Positions 52,317 through 63,060 of a stretch of 64,000 nucleotides of DNA are shown piece after piece. The notes beneath the pieces were generated by a model. It ran no database searches. It was not told the origin of the DNA and saw only the letters and a list, made by a program, of their open reading frames with translations. Each line of letters begins with the position of its first letter. The stretch's first letter is position 1. The position numbers were made by a program, and so were the translations under genes. Source of the DNA: Candidatus Bathyarchaeota archaeon (lineage in GTDB: Archaea > Thermoproteota > Bathyarchaeia > Bathyarchaeales > Bathycorpusculaceae); assembly GCA_963775685.1 (NCBI GenBank), contig CAVZJV010000005.1, positions 32,001 to 96,000 on the forward strand, given 5' to 3'.

Positions 52317-53570
52317 TTGACTGAAACAACCCTACAGTTCTCATCCTCAGACGAAGTGAAACGTTGGCTTGAAAACCAAACTAGCTCAATCCTCACACCT
52401 GTACATGCCCAAGCCAAAAAACTACGTGACGAAATGAATTTTTCCCTTCAAACTGTTGCAGATGTTAGCAGGCAGCTTTTTGACACCAGTTCAAAAGAGA
52501 TAGAAAAAAGGAACATGAAAGTTTACAACCGCGCTAGAGCCTTAAACAAATTAGCCCGATTATTTCTCGATCGACTCAAAAAACTCAGTCCTCCCGATCA
52601 AGTCTCCTATGAGAGTATGAGTAGGTATGTTCAGGAAACACAAAAAGTCCTATTGGTAACGGATATAGACATTAAAAATTGGTTTCCAAGAATCTCACCC
52701 TTCTTCATCATGGATAGAAGGAAATTCTTAGCCGTTTATGAGCGTGCCAAACAAGCATACAACACCCTAAACGACTACGTCACCAAGGAATATATCAAAA
52801 CTAAAACCTTGGAAGAAGCTCTCCAGCAAATAAACGAGCTTCAAAACATAGAAAAACAGTTAATTGCCTATGGCGAAGATAAGGAAAACCTAAGAAATGA
52901 GCGTAAGCCAATCGAGCAGGACATCGATACTTTAGAGGAAAAAATAAACGAACTAACAAGCAAAGGACCAATCGACAAACTCAATATGGTAACCTGTGAG
53001 ATTGAATCCTTAAGCAACGAGTTAAAGCATGATCTTAGGCACTTGCAGAAGCCTTTCATCAAAATGCAAGCCTTAGCCACTGGAGGCGGCGGAGGAGGAA
53101 TAACACCCGACGAACTAAACAAGATCAGCCAGTACCTTGAGAAGCCCTTTGACGCATTGGTATCAGAGAAACCGGGTTATCCCCTGCTTAAAGAGATTCT
53201 GCAGAGACTTGAAGAGCTATTAGCAGAGGATAAGCTAAAGTTGAAACCTGACAAGGCACGGAAAGCGACAGATTCTGTGGTTGAGATTCTGCATAAGGAT
53301 TCTTTAGTGAAGCTGCAACTAAGGTGCATAGAGATGGCGACGAATAAAGACCAGTTGCTAGCGTCATCGAGAATGGATGAAATAAATCAAACCCTGGCGC
53401 AATTCCAAGAACAAGTAAACCTTCTAAAAGTCAGAAAAACAAGCGTAGAAACACATGAAATCGTAAAAGAAAACGCTTACAAAGAAACAGAGGACAAAAT
53501 CAACAACCTAAAACGCACAATCGAGAAAAACATCTACAGTTCAATCGACAAAAAAATCCAGATAACATAG
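52317..53570 (+). CDS. Coiled-coil hypothetical protein
   Basis: 417 aa, E/K/Q/L heptad-rich, with no Walker motifs. Confidence 0.85.
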   Translation: MTETTLQFSSSDEVKRWLENQTSSILTPVHAQAKKLRDEMNFSLQTVADVSRQLFDTSSKEIEKRNMKVYNRARALNKLARLFLDRLKKLSPPDQVSYESMSRYVQETQKVLLVTDIDIKNWFPRISPFFIMDRRKFLAVYERAKQAYNTLNDYVTKEYIKTKTLEEALQQINELQNIEKQLIAYGEDKENLRNERKPIEQDIDTLEEKINELTSKGPIDKLNMVTCEIESLSNELKHDLRHLQKPFIKMQALATGGGGGGITPDELNKISQYLEKPFDALVSEKPGYPLLKEILQRLEELLAEDKLKLKPDKARKATDSVVEILHKDSLVKLQLRCIEMATNKDQLLASSRMDEINQTLAQFQEQVNLLKVRKTSVETHEIVKENAYKETEDKINNLKRTIEKNIYSSIDKKIQIT

Positions 53571-53918
53571 CTTCCAAAAGTAATTTTCTTTAATCTTTTT
53601 TTGGAAGATTTTGCCTTTTTGATGATTTTAGGGGTGTCTTGATTCCCGTTGATAGAGTTGGACGAGGAAGAACGTGGTTGAGAAGCCTGTTAAAGCTTGT
53701 ACTGGTTGTAAAAACAAAATTATGTATGCGAATGTTAACTGAGCAACATTATTCTAAGTCAGTTTGTTCACTTTCCCATATTAATCAGCTTCAAACGTCA
53801 AAACCAAATTATGCTAAGTCCTGTTTCTCCAATTCTACGTAAATAAAGCAGAATCAGCATGCTTTTATTGAACTGGCAACTATCCAATAACAAAAACCTC
53901 GTTGCGAAGGCAAAAAGG

Positions 53919-55448
53919 ATGGCTGAACTCAGAACCCAAGAACAACAACTCCTCTCGGCATTGGAGACGCTTGGCGGAAACGCAACCGTTGACCAACTAA
54001 TCCAAGCCTGCGGAATTCAAGATTCAGCCGTGATGCGCAACGCCCTAACGCTGCAAGAAAAAAACTTTGTAGCCATCCACGCAAAAATTCAAACCATCAT
54101 CAAATTAACTCCAGAGGGCGAAAAATACGCCAAAAATGGCTTACCTGAACGAAACCTAATCCTGGCTACCGCACAACTTGGCGGAACCGCAGACCTAAAA
54201 GAAGCGGCAGAAAAAGCTGGGCTCAAGGATCAGTTTGTTCAGATTGCACTTGGTTGGGTTATTAGAAAAAAATGGGCAATTTTCACGCCGCAAAGCAATA
54301 CACTTCATATAACTGAATTATTGCTGCACCAAACAGTTATCCCCGAAGGATGCGACGAAACCCTCCTAAAACATTTGCAGACAAAAAAGCAAGAACCCCA
54401 AGAAGACCTAAGCTTGGAACTTCAACAAGCAACTGAACAACTTAAAAAAAGAAAACTCCTAACCGTTGAGCCGAAAACTACACGCACTCTCCAAATCACC
54501 GCAGAAGGCAAAAAAACAGCCGCTGTAGCCACAATCGCGCCCCAAGAAGTCACCCAGTTGACCCCAGAACTCATAATTACAGGCAAATGGAAAAAGGTTA
54601 AGCTGCAAAAATATAACATAGAAGCGCCAGTGGCAAAAACTTTTTCTGGAAAGAAACATCCTTACTTGCAGTTTCTTGACGAGGTTCGTGCTAAACTGGT
54701 CCAGTTAGGTTTTCAGGAAATGATTGGAACTGCTGTTGAAACGGCATTCTTCAATTTTGACGCGCTTTATGTGCCACAGGACCATCCAGCTCGGGAACCC
54801 TCAGATATATACTACATTAAAGATCCGCAGTGTGGCGAATTAGCAAAACATGCTCAGGCACTCGAAAACGTAAAAGAGACACATGAAAATGGCTGGAAAA
54901 CGGGTTCTACAGGTTGGGGATACAACTACTCTCTTGGAGCTGCCCAACGTTTGCTGCTTCGTGGACACGGCACATGTCTTAGCGCAAGAACTCTTGAAGC
55001 AAAAAAGTTTGAGGCCCCTAGCAAACACTTCTCAATTGCAAGGGTTTACCGACCCGAAATAACGGACAAAACGCACCTCTCAGAATTTAATCAGGTCGAA
55101 GGCATCGTAATCGACAAAAACCTCAACCTAAAAGACCTGCTTGGCGTGTTAGGAAAGTTTGCCAAGGAAATAGCCGGAGCAGAAAAAATCCGCTTCAAAC
55201 CCGACTATTTCCCCTTCACTGAACCTAGCGTAGAACTCAGCGCTTACAAGGAAGGTTACGGCTGGGTGGAATTTGGCGGTTCAGGGATTTTCCGTCCCGA
55301 AGTCACCTTGCCACTAGGAGTTAAGGAGCCTGTGATTGCCTGGGGACTTGGCGTTGACCGCCTTTTCATGATGCGTGCGGGCATTGAGGATATACGCATG
55401 ATTTTTAGCCAAGACCTCAATTGGCTACGGAAAAAACAGGTGACTTAG
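53919..55448 (+). CDS. pheS: Phenylalanine-tRNA ligase alpha subunit (archaeal type)
   Basis: LTPEG..Y...GLPE, FNFDALYVPQDHPARE, THLSEFNQVEG, YFPFTEPS and GSGIFRPE. Confidence 0.97.
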   Translation: MAELRTQEQQLLSALETLGGNATVDQLIQACGIQDSAVMRNALTLQEKNFVAIHAKIQTIIKLTPEGEKYAKNGLPERNLILATAQLGGTADLKEAAEKAGLKDQFVQIALGWVIRKKWAIFTPQSNTLHITELLLHQTVIPEGCDETLLKHLQTKKQEPQEDLSLELQQATEQLKKRKLLTVEPKTTRTLQITAEGKKTAAVATIAPQEVTQLTPELIITGKWKKVKLQKYNIEAPVAKTFSGKKHPYLQFLDEVRAKLVQLGFQEMIGTAVETAFFNFDALYVPQDHPAREPSDIYYIKDPQCGELAKHAQALENVKETHENGWKTGSTGWGYNYSLGAAQRLLLRGHGTCLSARTLEAKKFEAPSKHFSIARVYRPEITDKTHLSEFNQVEGIVIDKNLNLKDLLGVLGKFAKEIAGAEKIRFKPDYFPFTEPSVELSAYKEGYGWVEFGGSGIFRPEVTLPLGVKEPVIAWGLGVDRLFMMRAGIEDIRMIFSQDLNWLRKKQVT

Positions 55449-55449
55449 A

Positions 55450-57160
55450 ATGCCAACAATCGATGTAGATTATCCTGAACTGGAACGTTTGCTCAACGTG
55501 AAATTGAACGGTGATAGGGCAAAACTCGACGAAATCCTCGCTTACGTCAAAGCGGAAGTGAAAGGGTTCAACGAAAAAGAATGTACCGTTAGCATTGAAA
55601 TGAAAGACACCAACCGCCCCGACCTCTGGGGCGTCGAAGGCTTAAGCCGCGCATTGCAAGGCTACCTGAACAACACGAAGGGAATAAAACAATATTCTTT
55701 GGGCAAATCATCCATCGAAGTCAATGTTAACCCTCAATTGTACAACATTCGACCCTACATTTGTTGCTCCATAATCAAAGACATACACCTCTCAGACACC
55801 ACAATCAGAGGAATCATGCACCTGCAAGACAAACTAGACCAGACTAACGGTCGAAGCCGCCAAAAAACCTCCATCGGCATCTACAACTTGGACCTCATTA
55901 AGCCCCCAATCGAATACACCGCAGTTAAGCCTACGGATATAAGTTTTGTTCCTTTGGGCTTCAGTGAAAAAATGGGTTTAGACGAAATTCTCGAGCGCCA
56001 CCCAAAAGGCATCGAGTATGGTCAAATCGTTAAGAAAAACCCACTTTACCCAATGCTATTTGACAGCGAAGGCAAAGTGCTCTCGTTCCCTCCAATCATA
56101 AACTCGAATGATTTAGGCAAAATTACAGAGGATTCACGCAACCTACTAGTTGAAGTCACTGGAACACTGCATAAAACCGTTCTAAACACGCTTAACCTAG
56201 TTACTTTGGCGTTGATTGACCGCGGTGGAAAAGCATATTCGGCAACGATCAATTACCCTGCAAAGTCAAGTTATACAGAGAAAACCGTAATTACGCCTGA
56301 TTTTAACAACCGCAAGATACCTTTGAGCATTGAGTACACGAACAGGCTTTTGGGCTTAAAGTTGAATAGCAAACAAATTTCTGATTTGCTGCTCACCGCT
56401 GGATTGGAAGTTGAAAAGGTTTCAGGCGACTGTTTGTCGGTGCTGGTTCCATGCTACCGCGTAGATGTAATGCATCAAGTTGACATAATCGAAGACGTAG
56501 CCATCGCATACGGCTACAACAACATAGAGCCAACATGGCGCGAGATGCCAACTACAGGATGCGCAAAACCCGACCAACACTACATCGACGTCGCCCGCGA
56601 ACTCTATGGTTGGACTTGGATATCAAGAAACACTAAACACCACCCTAACCAACCAGGAAACACTTTTCCAAAAAATGAACACACCACCAACCAAAATCAT
56701 CGAACTCACCAACCCAAAAATAATAACTATGACCTGCATGCGCAACTGGCTCCTACCTAGCCTTATGGAATTCCTCAGCAACAACCCTTCAGTGGAGTTT
56801 CCGCAAAAAATCTTTGAACTGGGCAAAGTTACGTTACCCGATGAAACCCACGAAACACGAACACGCGATGAAGATTTGCTAGCCGCAGTAACCGCCCATC
56901 CACAGGCAAATTTCAGCGAAATCAAATCTGTCCTCGAGTCTTTTATGGCTAATTTTGGTGTTGATTGGCAAATAAAAGTAACCACTCACCCGAGCTTTAT
57001 AGAAGGCAGAGTAGGTAAAATCTGTGTTGGAGGCGTTGAAGTAGGCATTGTGGGTGAGGTTAATCCTTTGGTGCTAGAGGTTTGGAAACTTGAAAACCCG
57101 GTATCCTCTTTTGAGCTTAACTTAAAACAAATTCTTAGAAGCAAAATTAGTAAAAAATAA
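55450..57160 (+). CDS. pheT: Phenylalanine-tRNA ligase beta subunit; +1 frameshift near 56605
   Basis: MPTI, NRPDL, LQDKL, SFPPIINS and DIIEDVAIAYGY; continues in ORF 56606..57160 (RNWLLPSL, HPSFIEGR). Confidence 0.95.
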
Positions 57161-57179
57161 AATTCTCGGATTTTCGCAC

Positions 57180-57615
57180 TCATCGTCCGTAGTCTTTGAT
57201 ATGTTTTTAAGACCTGAAAATGCCTTCTGTTTTTTCATACAATTTAGAATCGGATGTGATGAGTTGGTCTTTAATTTTTTGATCTAAGAAGAGATAAGTG
57301 GAATCATAAATTTCAATTTCTAGTTTGGCCCATGTGTTGAGTATTTGTGAAGCTTCGTTCCAATCAAACTTATGAAGACCCTATGTTGTTGTTACCAAGC
57401 ATTTTTAGCGCTTCTTGGGCGTTTTCTAGAGAAAGCCTTTTGAATTTTACTGCTTTTCACAAAACATTGGTGACTTCAATAGTAAGATAGTGGACGCGCA
57501 TAAACCGACTCTTTTAGAAATGTAGTAATCCTTAATTGTAAAGCATTTTTTTGGTAGGGTTCAATTGGTAGAACCCATTTTGCCACTACACCTTTGCTTC
57601 GACGACGTATTGAAT
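57180..57615 (-). pseudogene. Decayed PIN-domain (VapC) toxin
   Basis: Fragments VAKWVLPIEPYQ, IEVTNVL*KAVK and IYDSTYLFL...LITSDSKLY, with an in-frame stop and several shifts. Confidence 0.75.
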
Positions 57616-57620
57616 TAGAT

Positions 57621-57843
57621 TTATGTCTCTCTGCCTTCTTGAATCCAAGTTAATAATTCATCTTCTGATATTGGTTTGGCGCGCAACCTTATTTCACAAG
57701 AGCAGAAGCTTCTTTCATTTTTTGTTCATCTATCTTTTTTTAAACACACTCTCTAATGTATTCACTCCAGTTGACATCAACTTGCTTTATTTCTTTTTTG
57801 AGTTCAGTTGGGATTTTACAGTTATAATGTTTGTTTGACTCAA
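57621..57843 (-). pseudogene. Decayed ribbon-helix-helix (VapB) antitoxin
   Basis: Fragments IITVK/IPTELKKEIKQVDVNWSEYIRECV*KKIDEQKMKEAS...EDELLTWIQEGRET. Confidence 0.72.
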
Positions 57844-57861
57844 AATGTAAAATACCCAAAA

Positions 57862-57880
57862 TATATACCGCACGTATATA
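57862..57880. promoter_or_regulatory. Palindromic operator upstream of the antitoxin
   Basis: TATATAC-cgcac-GTATATA about 20 bp upstream of the antitoxin start. Confidence 0.55.
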
Positions 57881-57945
57881 CTCTTAAAAGTCGTCACTCT
57901 GTGAATAAAAGCAAAGCCTCATCATGAAGGTATTTGCATTCTGTT

Positions 57946-58740
57946 TTAGAACCAGGAGAGGGTTCCGTTTTTCCTCGCCATTTTAAGGCACCAAGAGTAT
58001 GCCAGGTAACCGACAGGAAGAATTAGCGCGCACATCAGACCCAGAATTAATATATCCGGCAGAATCACTCCAATGGCTTGTCCAATCAACATAGGTCGAA
58101 TACAAGTGAAGAAGTAATACTGCGGCACAAAGAAGCTGATTATCTGAAGGGGAAGCGGCATAACAGAGATTGGGAAAAGCACGTTTCCAAACAGGTTGGT
58201 GGCTAAAGTGATGATTGTGGTAACAGGGTCGCCCTGTTTTGTTAAAATTAAAACTCCAGCACCTATCATGCTAAACCCGATGAATGTTCCAATCCCCAGC
58301 CCTACAACAATGATGGTTCCAATGATGTTGACACTTAAGATAACCCCAAAAGCAAAAACACCCACAGACAAGTAAATAACAATGACAAGCGTGCTCCAGA
58401 TGAACCCCCAAAGCGAACTGCCTACAATAAAGGTTACAAGTCCGGTGGGCGAAACCAACACTTCCTCAAGACTCCATGGGTTAATGGTTTTCTGAACTAG
58501 CGTAAGGCTCTGGGACAAGTATGTGTTAAAAGCAAGGCCAATGAGCAAGTAAGTTACAACGGGCATACCGAGATTCTGCACGCTCGGCATGGATGCGTTA
58601 GCTCCCCAAAATGCGTATGACAACGCTCCAAAAAGAGCACTTACGACGCTTAGCAAGATGTTTGTTTTGTAAGTTGAGAATGAAATGATGTCGCGTTTCA
58701 TGAAGTAGTAGATTTTGTCCAGTTCCTGAGTCAACCTCAT
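57946..58740 (-). CDS. ABC-2 type transporter permease
   Basis: SLEEVLVSP, FGNVLFPISVMP..LQ and 6 TM segments. Confidence 0.9.
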   Translation of the reverse strand: MRLTQELDKIYYFMKRDIISFSTYKTNILLSVVSALFGALSYAFWGANASMPSVQNLGMPVVTYLLIGLAFNTYLSQSLTLVQKTINPWSLEEVLVSPTGLVTFIVGSSLWGFIWSTLVIVIYLSVGVFAFGVILSVNIIGTIIVVGLGIGTFIGFSMIGAGVLILTKQGDPVTTIITLATNLFGNVLFPISVMPLPLQIISFFVPQYYFFTCIRPMLIGQAIGVILPDILILGLMCALILPVGYLAYSWCLKMARKNGTLSWF

Positions 58741-59754
58741 CGGCTCGTACCAGCATCTGTTAGCTCAATAAATGCATCCTCCAATGTGGGCTCTTCCTGG
58801 CGAAAGTTAACAAGCTTGATTTTCTCGCGGAAAAAGAAATCTAACACAATCGGCAACGAGTCCACGTTCTCCAAGCGCACCCGTAGGCGCGTCTGCCCAA
58901 GAACTGAATCCTGCACTTCTGAAGCTAAACCTGCAACCCCAGCCAAACCACGCAACGCATTCACCTGTGCTTGGGACATGTTTTTAACAACGAAATCTGC
59001 GACTTCGTTTTTCTTTGCCATGCCCTTTAATGCGTTAGGTGTGTCTAACGCAACGATTTTACCCTTGTTCATGATGCCAACTCTGTCGCACATCTGGGAA
59101 ACCTCCTCGATGTAATGCGTCGTGTAAAGTACTGTCTTTGCCGTGTTTTTTGCTAAGGTCATTTTTTATGAAATCGCGAATGTTCCTAGACGAAGTAACG
59201 TCTAGCCCTGTGGTTGGCTCATCCAGAAGAAGAATAGGCGGGTCTGCCAACAAAGCTCTTGCCAGGGCAAGCTTTCTTTTCATTCCACCTGAATACTTCT
59301 GGAAAAGCACATCTGCCTTCTCCTTCAAATCCACCAGCTCCAGAACCTCCATGATTCGCTTTTGTCTGGTACTTCGAGGAACGTTGTTTATAGCGGCAAA
59401 GAACTCCAAGTTGCGGTAACCGCTGAGCCTCCAGAAGAAACCGCGTTCTCCCACGCTGAAAAGAGTGCCTATAGACTGTTTTACTTTCATCTGCTGCTTG
59501 ACTACATCAAAGCCGTTTACTGTGGCGGTGCCTTGGTCTGGCGGCAGAAGTGTGCAGAGTATCTTGACAAGGGTTGTTTTACCTGCTCCGTTGGGTCCAA
59601 GGAGCCCGAAGAGTTCGCCTCTTTTAATTAGTAGGTTAAGGTTGTCGATAGCGTTGATAGATTGGGTTTTATTGTTGAACAGGCTGTTGTTTGGTGTTTT
59701 GAATTTGTATGCTTTTGTGAGGTTAATTGTTTGGATGGCAGTTTCACTTTGCAA
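58737..59754 (-). CDS. ABC transporter ATP-binding protein; +1 frameshift near 59136
   Basis: GPNGAGKT, YSGGMKR and LLLDEPT; continues as TVLYTTHY...EPTLEDAF. Confidence 0.93.
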
Positions 59755-60358
59755 CAGTAAATCACTTTGTGAATTTGTTTACAAAAAATTTCTAGTAACT
59801 CTTTAGCGTTAACGCGGCAATTAAGTATTTCTGCTAAGCATAGCTAAATTGGGAGAGGAAATTACCTATTCAGTAGAAAATTGGGAAAATAATAAAGGAG
59901 AGTTATTTGAGCTTCTCAAAAGAATTAACTAACCTAATTAACAAGAAATTTTCTTGTTTTCTTTTTTTTGGATTAATAATTATTTTGTCGTAGTACCGTC
60001 AAGTCAAATTCCTCAGTTACTGCAGGAAAATTTGTCGCCATTTATTGTGAACCTAAACCTTAAACCGTATTCAACTTTTTGCTTTAACCAATTTACCCCG
60101 CGCTTGAATAATTTCTTTTTCACTTGAAAACCAGTCTGTACCTTCTTGCAGATCGTGACAGAAACTCTAATGCTCCTATACCCCCTAAACCTTAACATAG
60201 AACTATAAACGGGACGCAAACAACACTTTTGACTATACATATAATTATTTATTTTGCAAATCATCTGAAACCCCCTCAAGTATTATTGTGGTTGCTTGAT
60301 CCCACACACATATTTTTTTATCCTTTACGCATAATAGTAATTTGGTTATTCACAATTG

Positions 60359-60511
60359 GTGATTGATTTTCAAGGTCTTGCGTTAATTATCAGTTGTCCA
60401 AACTGTGGAAAGAATATAGATAGACCTGATAAGAAAATAGAGAACACTCACTTCTGCTTAGCATCTTACATTTGCCCAGAATGCGGCAACCATTTTAAAA
60501 AATCAGACTAA
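60359..60511 (+). CDS. 50-aa Zn-ribbon microprotein (...IISCPNCGKNIDRPDKKIENTHFCLASYICPECGNHFKKSD)
   Basis: My translation; CPNCG and CPECG knuckles. Confidence 0.7.
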   Translation: MIDFQGLALIISCPNCGKNIDRPDKKIENTHFCLASYICPECGNHFKKSD

Positions 60512-60807
60512 CAGTTTCTAGCAATCAATTAACCAAATCATATATCCCGATTCTAAGTTGTTGCTTCAATCTGAGACAACATCATTTTATATCATTTAGA
60601 CTCGTAACGAGTACTAAGAACAAATAAGTTAATACACCCTCGTTATGCGGGTCTGGCTGCTAACACGAGATAAAGTGTCTCCCCTCTTGACTTTTGCACT
60701 TTATCGATGTTGGCACGTGGCTTGGTTCGCTTAACCCTCCCTTTTTGCCCCTAACAAAGCGAAAGTGGGAAGAAGCTTTTTTAAACTTACAAGTCAGTTT
60801 AGAAGCT

Positions 60808-61329
60808 ATGTCGCTAAGAGCCCTTGCAAACACATTTCGTAGCAGACGATTTTGGGTTTGGCAGATAGGAGGCGCTTTCATTTATGCCATACCAGCGACG
60901 ATTCGGCTTGCTACCGGCAACGTCCACCTACCAATCTTAAGCGCATTTATGCCGCCATGGACAACCCCTTTTGTGCCCCGCAACATCGTTGAAAAAGTTT
61001 TGGTTAATGCTTTTTTCCCTGGAGGCGCCGGAGCGATTGCAGGAGAGGTCTTTTACACAAACAAAAACCAGAATCTTAGTAGAAAAAAGAAGTATCTGGC
61101 GCGTCTTGGCGGCGCGTGGGTTCAAACCGCATTATGGTCACTGTTCCAATTCGTTGGTTACATACAAAATATAAATGGTTCCTATGGTGGCAACCTCTTT
61201 GAATCCACATATGTTTTTCCACTTAACTTCACTTTGGCATCACTCGCCATTTTTACCCCCGATGTTGTGGGCTTCCTAAAAAGCAAACTTCTCAACACTT
61301 ATCAAAAACTACACCACAAAAAAAGTTAA
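60808..61329 (+). CDS. Membrane hypothetical protein
   Basis: Likely start MSLRALANTF; hydrophobic segments; FFPGGAGA motif. Confidence 0.75.
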   Translation: MSLRALANTFRSRRFWVWQIGGAFIYAIPATIRLATGNVHLPILSAFMPPWTTPFVPRNIVEKVLVNAFFPGGAGAIAGEVFYTNKNQNLSRKKKYLARLGGAWVQTALWSLFQFVGYIQNINGSYGGNLFESTYVFPLNFTLASLAIFTPDVVGFLKSKLLNTYQKLHHKKS

Positions 61330-61356
61330 TATTACTTTACCCATTAGAATCAAAGC

Positions 61357-61836
61357 ATGTCTTTTCATGTTAGACGCAAAGAACGAGAAATCACCGATGA
61401 CAAAGAGATGCAACAGATTTTGAAGAAAACAAAATACGTCACCATTGCCCTCTGCATGAACAACGAGCCATATCTGGTTGCACTAAATCACGGCTACGAC
61501 CAAGATAAAAACTGTCTCTATTTCCACTGTGCACCTGAAGGCAAAAAACTCATTTACGCACAGGCAAACCCAAATGTTTGGGGACAAGCAGTTCTGAATT
61601 TTGGCGTTACCGATGAGTGTGATTATGCCTACACTTCGGTGCATTTCCAAGGCACAATAAGCCTAATTTCTGATTCAGCAGAAAAACGACATGCCCTTGA
61701 AGTTATAGTGAGACAAGTCACCCTAAATCCTGAGTCAAAGCTTGCAAAGATCAAACCTGAAAAAATAGATAAGACCACAATGTTCAAAATAGAAATCACT
61801 TACATCAGCGGCAAGAAGCGTCAAGCTACGCCATAA
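61357..61836 (+). CDS. Pyridoxamine 5'-phosphate oxidase-like flavin-binding protein (NimA-like)
   Basis: RRKEREI, PYLVALNHGY, LYFHCAPEGKK, NPNV and YTSVHFQG. Confidence 0.9.
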   Translation: MSFHVRRKEREITDDKEMQQILKKTKYVTIALCMNNEPYLVALNHGYDQDKNCLYFHCAPEGKKLIYAQANPNVWGQAVLNFGVTDECDYAYTSVHFQGTISLISDSAEKRHALEVIVRQVTLNPESKLAKIKPEKIDKTTMFKIEITYISGKKRQATP

Positions 61837-61986
61837 AACCAGCCTAACTATACATGGAAGACCCTATTAAATCGCCTAATTTATAGAGGTTTGTAGATAT
61901 TGCGATTAAATCGCATTTCGGTTTTTTGGTTGTTTTTTGGGTCATTTTTTCACACACTCAATTTTTTAATCTGTTGTTTAAAAAAA

Positions 61987-63060
61987 CTATTCGGGAAAGA
62001 GAATATCTTCACTGTCTAAACTCATTAATCCGTCTGAGTCGTTAAGGTCTCTCTCTTCTTTTTGGTCTTCGTTGTTCATTTCGTCTAAGCCTTGAGAAAT
62101 GCGTCTTTCGTCTCTCTGGGTTTGTGCTTTTGTTCGCTGTTTGTTTAGCCAGTCGTTTATTTTCTCTGAGAGGGTTTTCTTTTTTGGCAAACTTGAGAGC
62201 CATTTCTGTTTTAAAGTTTCGTTGATTATAAACGGTTTTCCATTGCCTTGGCTGAATGTTGGAGACAAAAACGTTTTTCCATCATAAAACCAAGTTTGTG
62301 GTTTCATTTCTGCAAAACTGAGACCTTGAGATTTTTCTATTTTTCTAAGAAATGGCGTTATGTCTTCATTGCTTAATTTACCAATTACGCTTAACTGTTT
62401 GCTTCTAATCGTTTTTGAGAAGTCATTTAAACGCTGGCTTGCAGTGAAGAAACTCTCTTTTTGGTTTCGTGCTTCATTGAAAACACTAAGGAAGGTCTCC
62501 GTTTCCTTGCTGGCTGTGGTGCGGTTTGTAAATATCCCTTGAGCCTCTTCTAAAATATAGGCTATGGCTTGTTTTGGTTCGTGGCTCTCTGAGGTTGTCT
62601 TTTCTACTCTCTGCTTTTGGTCTAAGTAGTTAACCACGGAACGAACAAAAAACGCTTTTTTGCTTGGTTGTCGGGTCTTGAATCTAAACAGTAAATCTTT
62701 TTCAGTATCTAAAGCCATTCTTAAGAGGTTAGCGTTTCTTAGTGTGTACTTTTCGAAGGCTTGAGAATTTCGTCTTTCACTCTCTAAAATGTCCCTTTCC
62801 GAGACGTTATAAACTGGAATTCGAGACGCTTTATAAATCCAAGTTTCGGAACTGTCAAAAGCTAAGACCCTTATGTTTTCTTGTTTTTGCAGTGCTTGAG
62901 CTATAGAGAACAAAAGAAATGTCTTTCCGTGGCTCTTGTTTGCTACGATATGAGACCCACCACACTTTAAGCCTTCAAAAAGCATAGTTTCAAACGTGTT
63001 TTCCATATGTTGTCTTATGTCGGCTTGCTTTAGCTCTGTGTTTTGTTTTTCGTTTGACAT
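61987..63060 (-). CDS. FtsK/HerA-superfamily P-loop ATPase, probably of mobile or viral origin
   Basis: Walker A variant ANKSHGKT, AFDS, Walker B YILEEAQ, EARN and ASQRL...IRS; likely start MSNEK. Confidence 0.75.
   Translation of the reverse strand: MSNEKQNTELKQADIRQHMENTFETMLFEGLKCGGSHIVANKSHGKTFLLFSIAQALQKQENIRVLAFDSSETWIYKASRIPVYNVSERDILESERRNSQAFEKYTLRNANLLRMALDTEKDLLFRFKTRQPSKKAFFVRSVVNYLDQKQRVEKTTSESHEPKQAIAYILEEAQGIFTNRTTASKETETFLSVFNEARNQKESFFTASQRLNDFSKTIRSKQLSVIGKLSNEDITPFLRKIEKSQGLSFAEMKPQTWFYDGKTFLSPTFSQGNGKPFIINETLKQKWLSSLPKKKTLSEKINDWLNKQRTKAQTQRDERRISQGLDEMNNEDQKEERDLNDSDGLMSLDSEDILFPE

Noticed and set aside
52317-53570. SMC/Rad50-like ATPase
   Set aside because: Coiled-coil only; no Walker A/B or signature motif.
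56590-56620. Programmed frameshift or pseudogenisation of pheT
   Set aside because: No slippery heptamer; it shows the same single-base insertion pattern as about 12 other genes, and the gene is essential.
60323-60350. dif-like Xer site (TTTACGCATAA-tagtaa-TTTGGTTATTC)
   Set aside because: The left arm resembles dif but the right arm lacks TTAT symmetry; it is more likely promoter sequence of the Zn-ribbon ORF.
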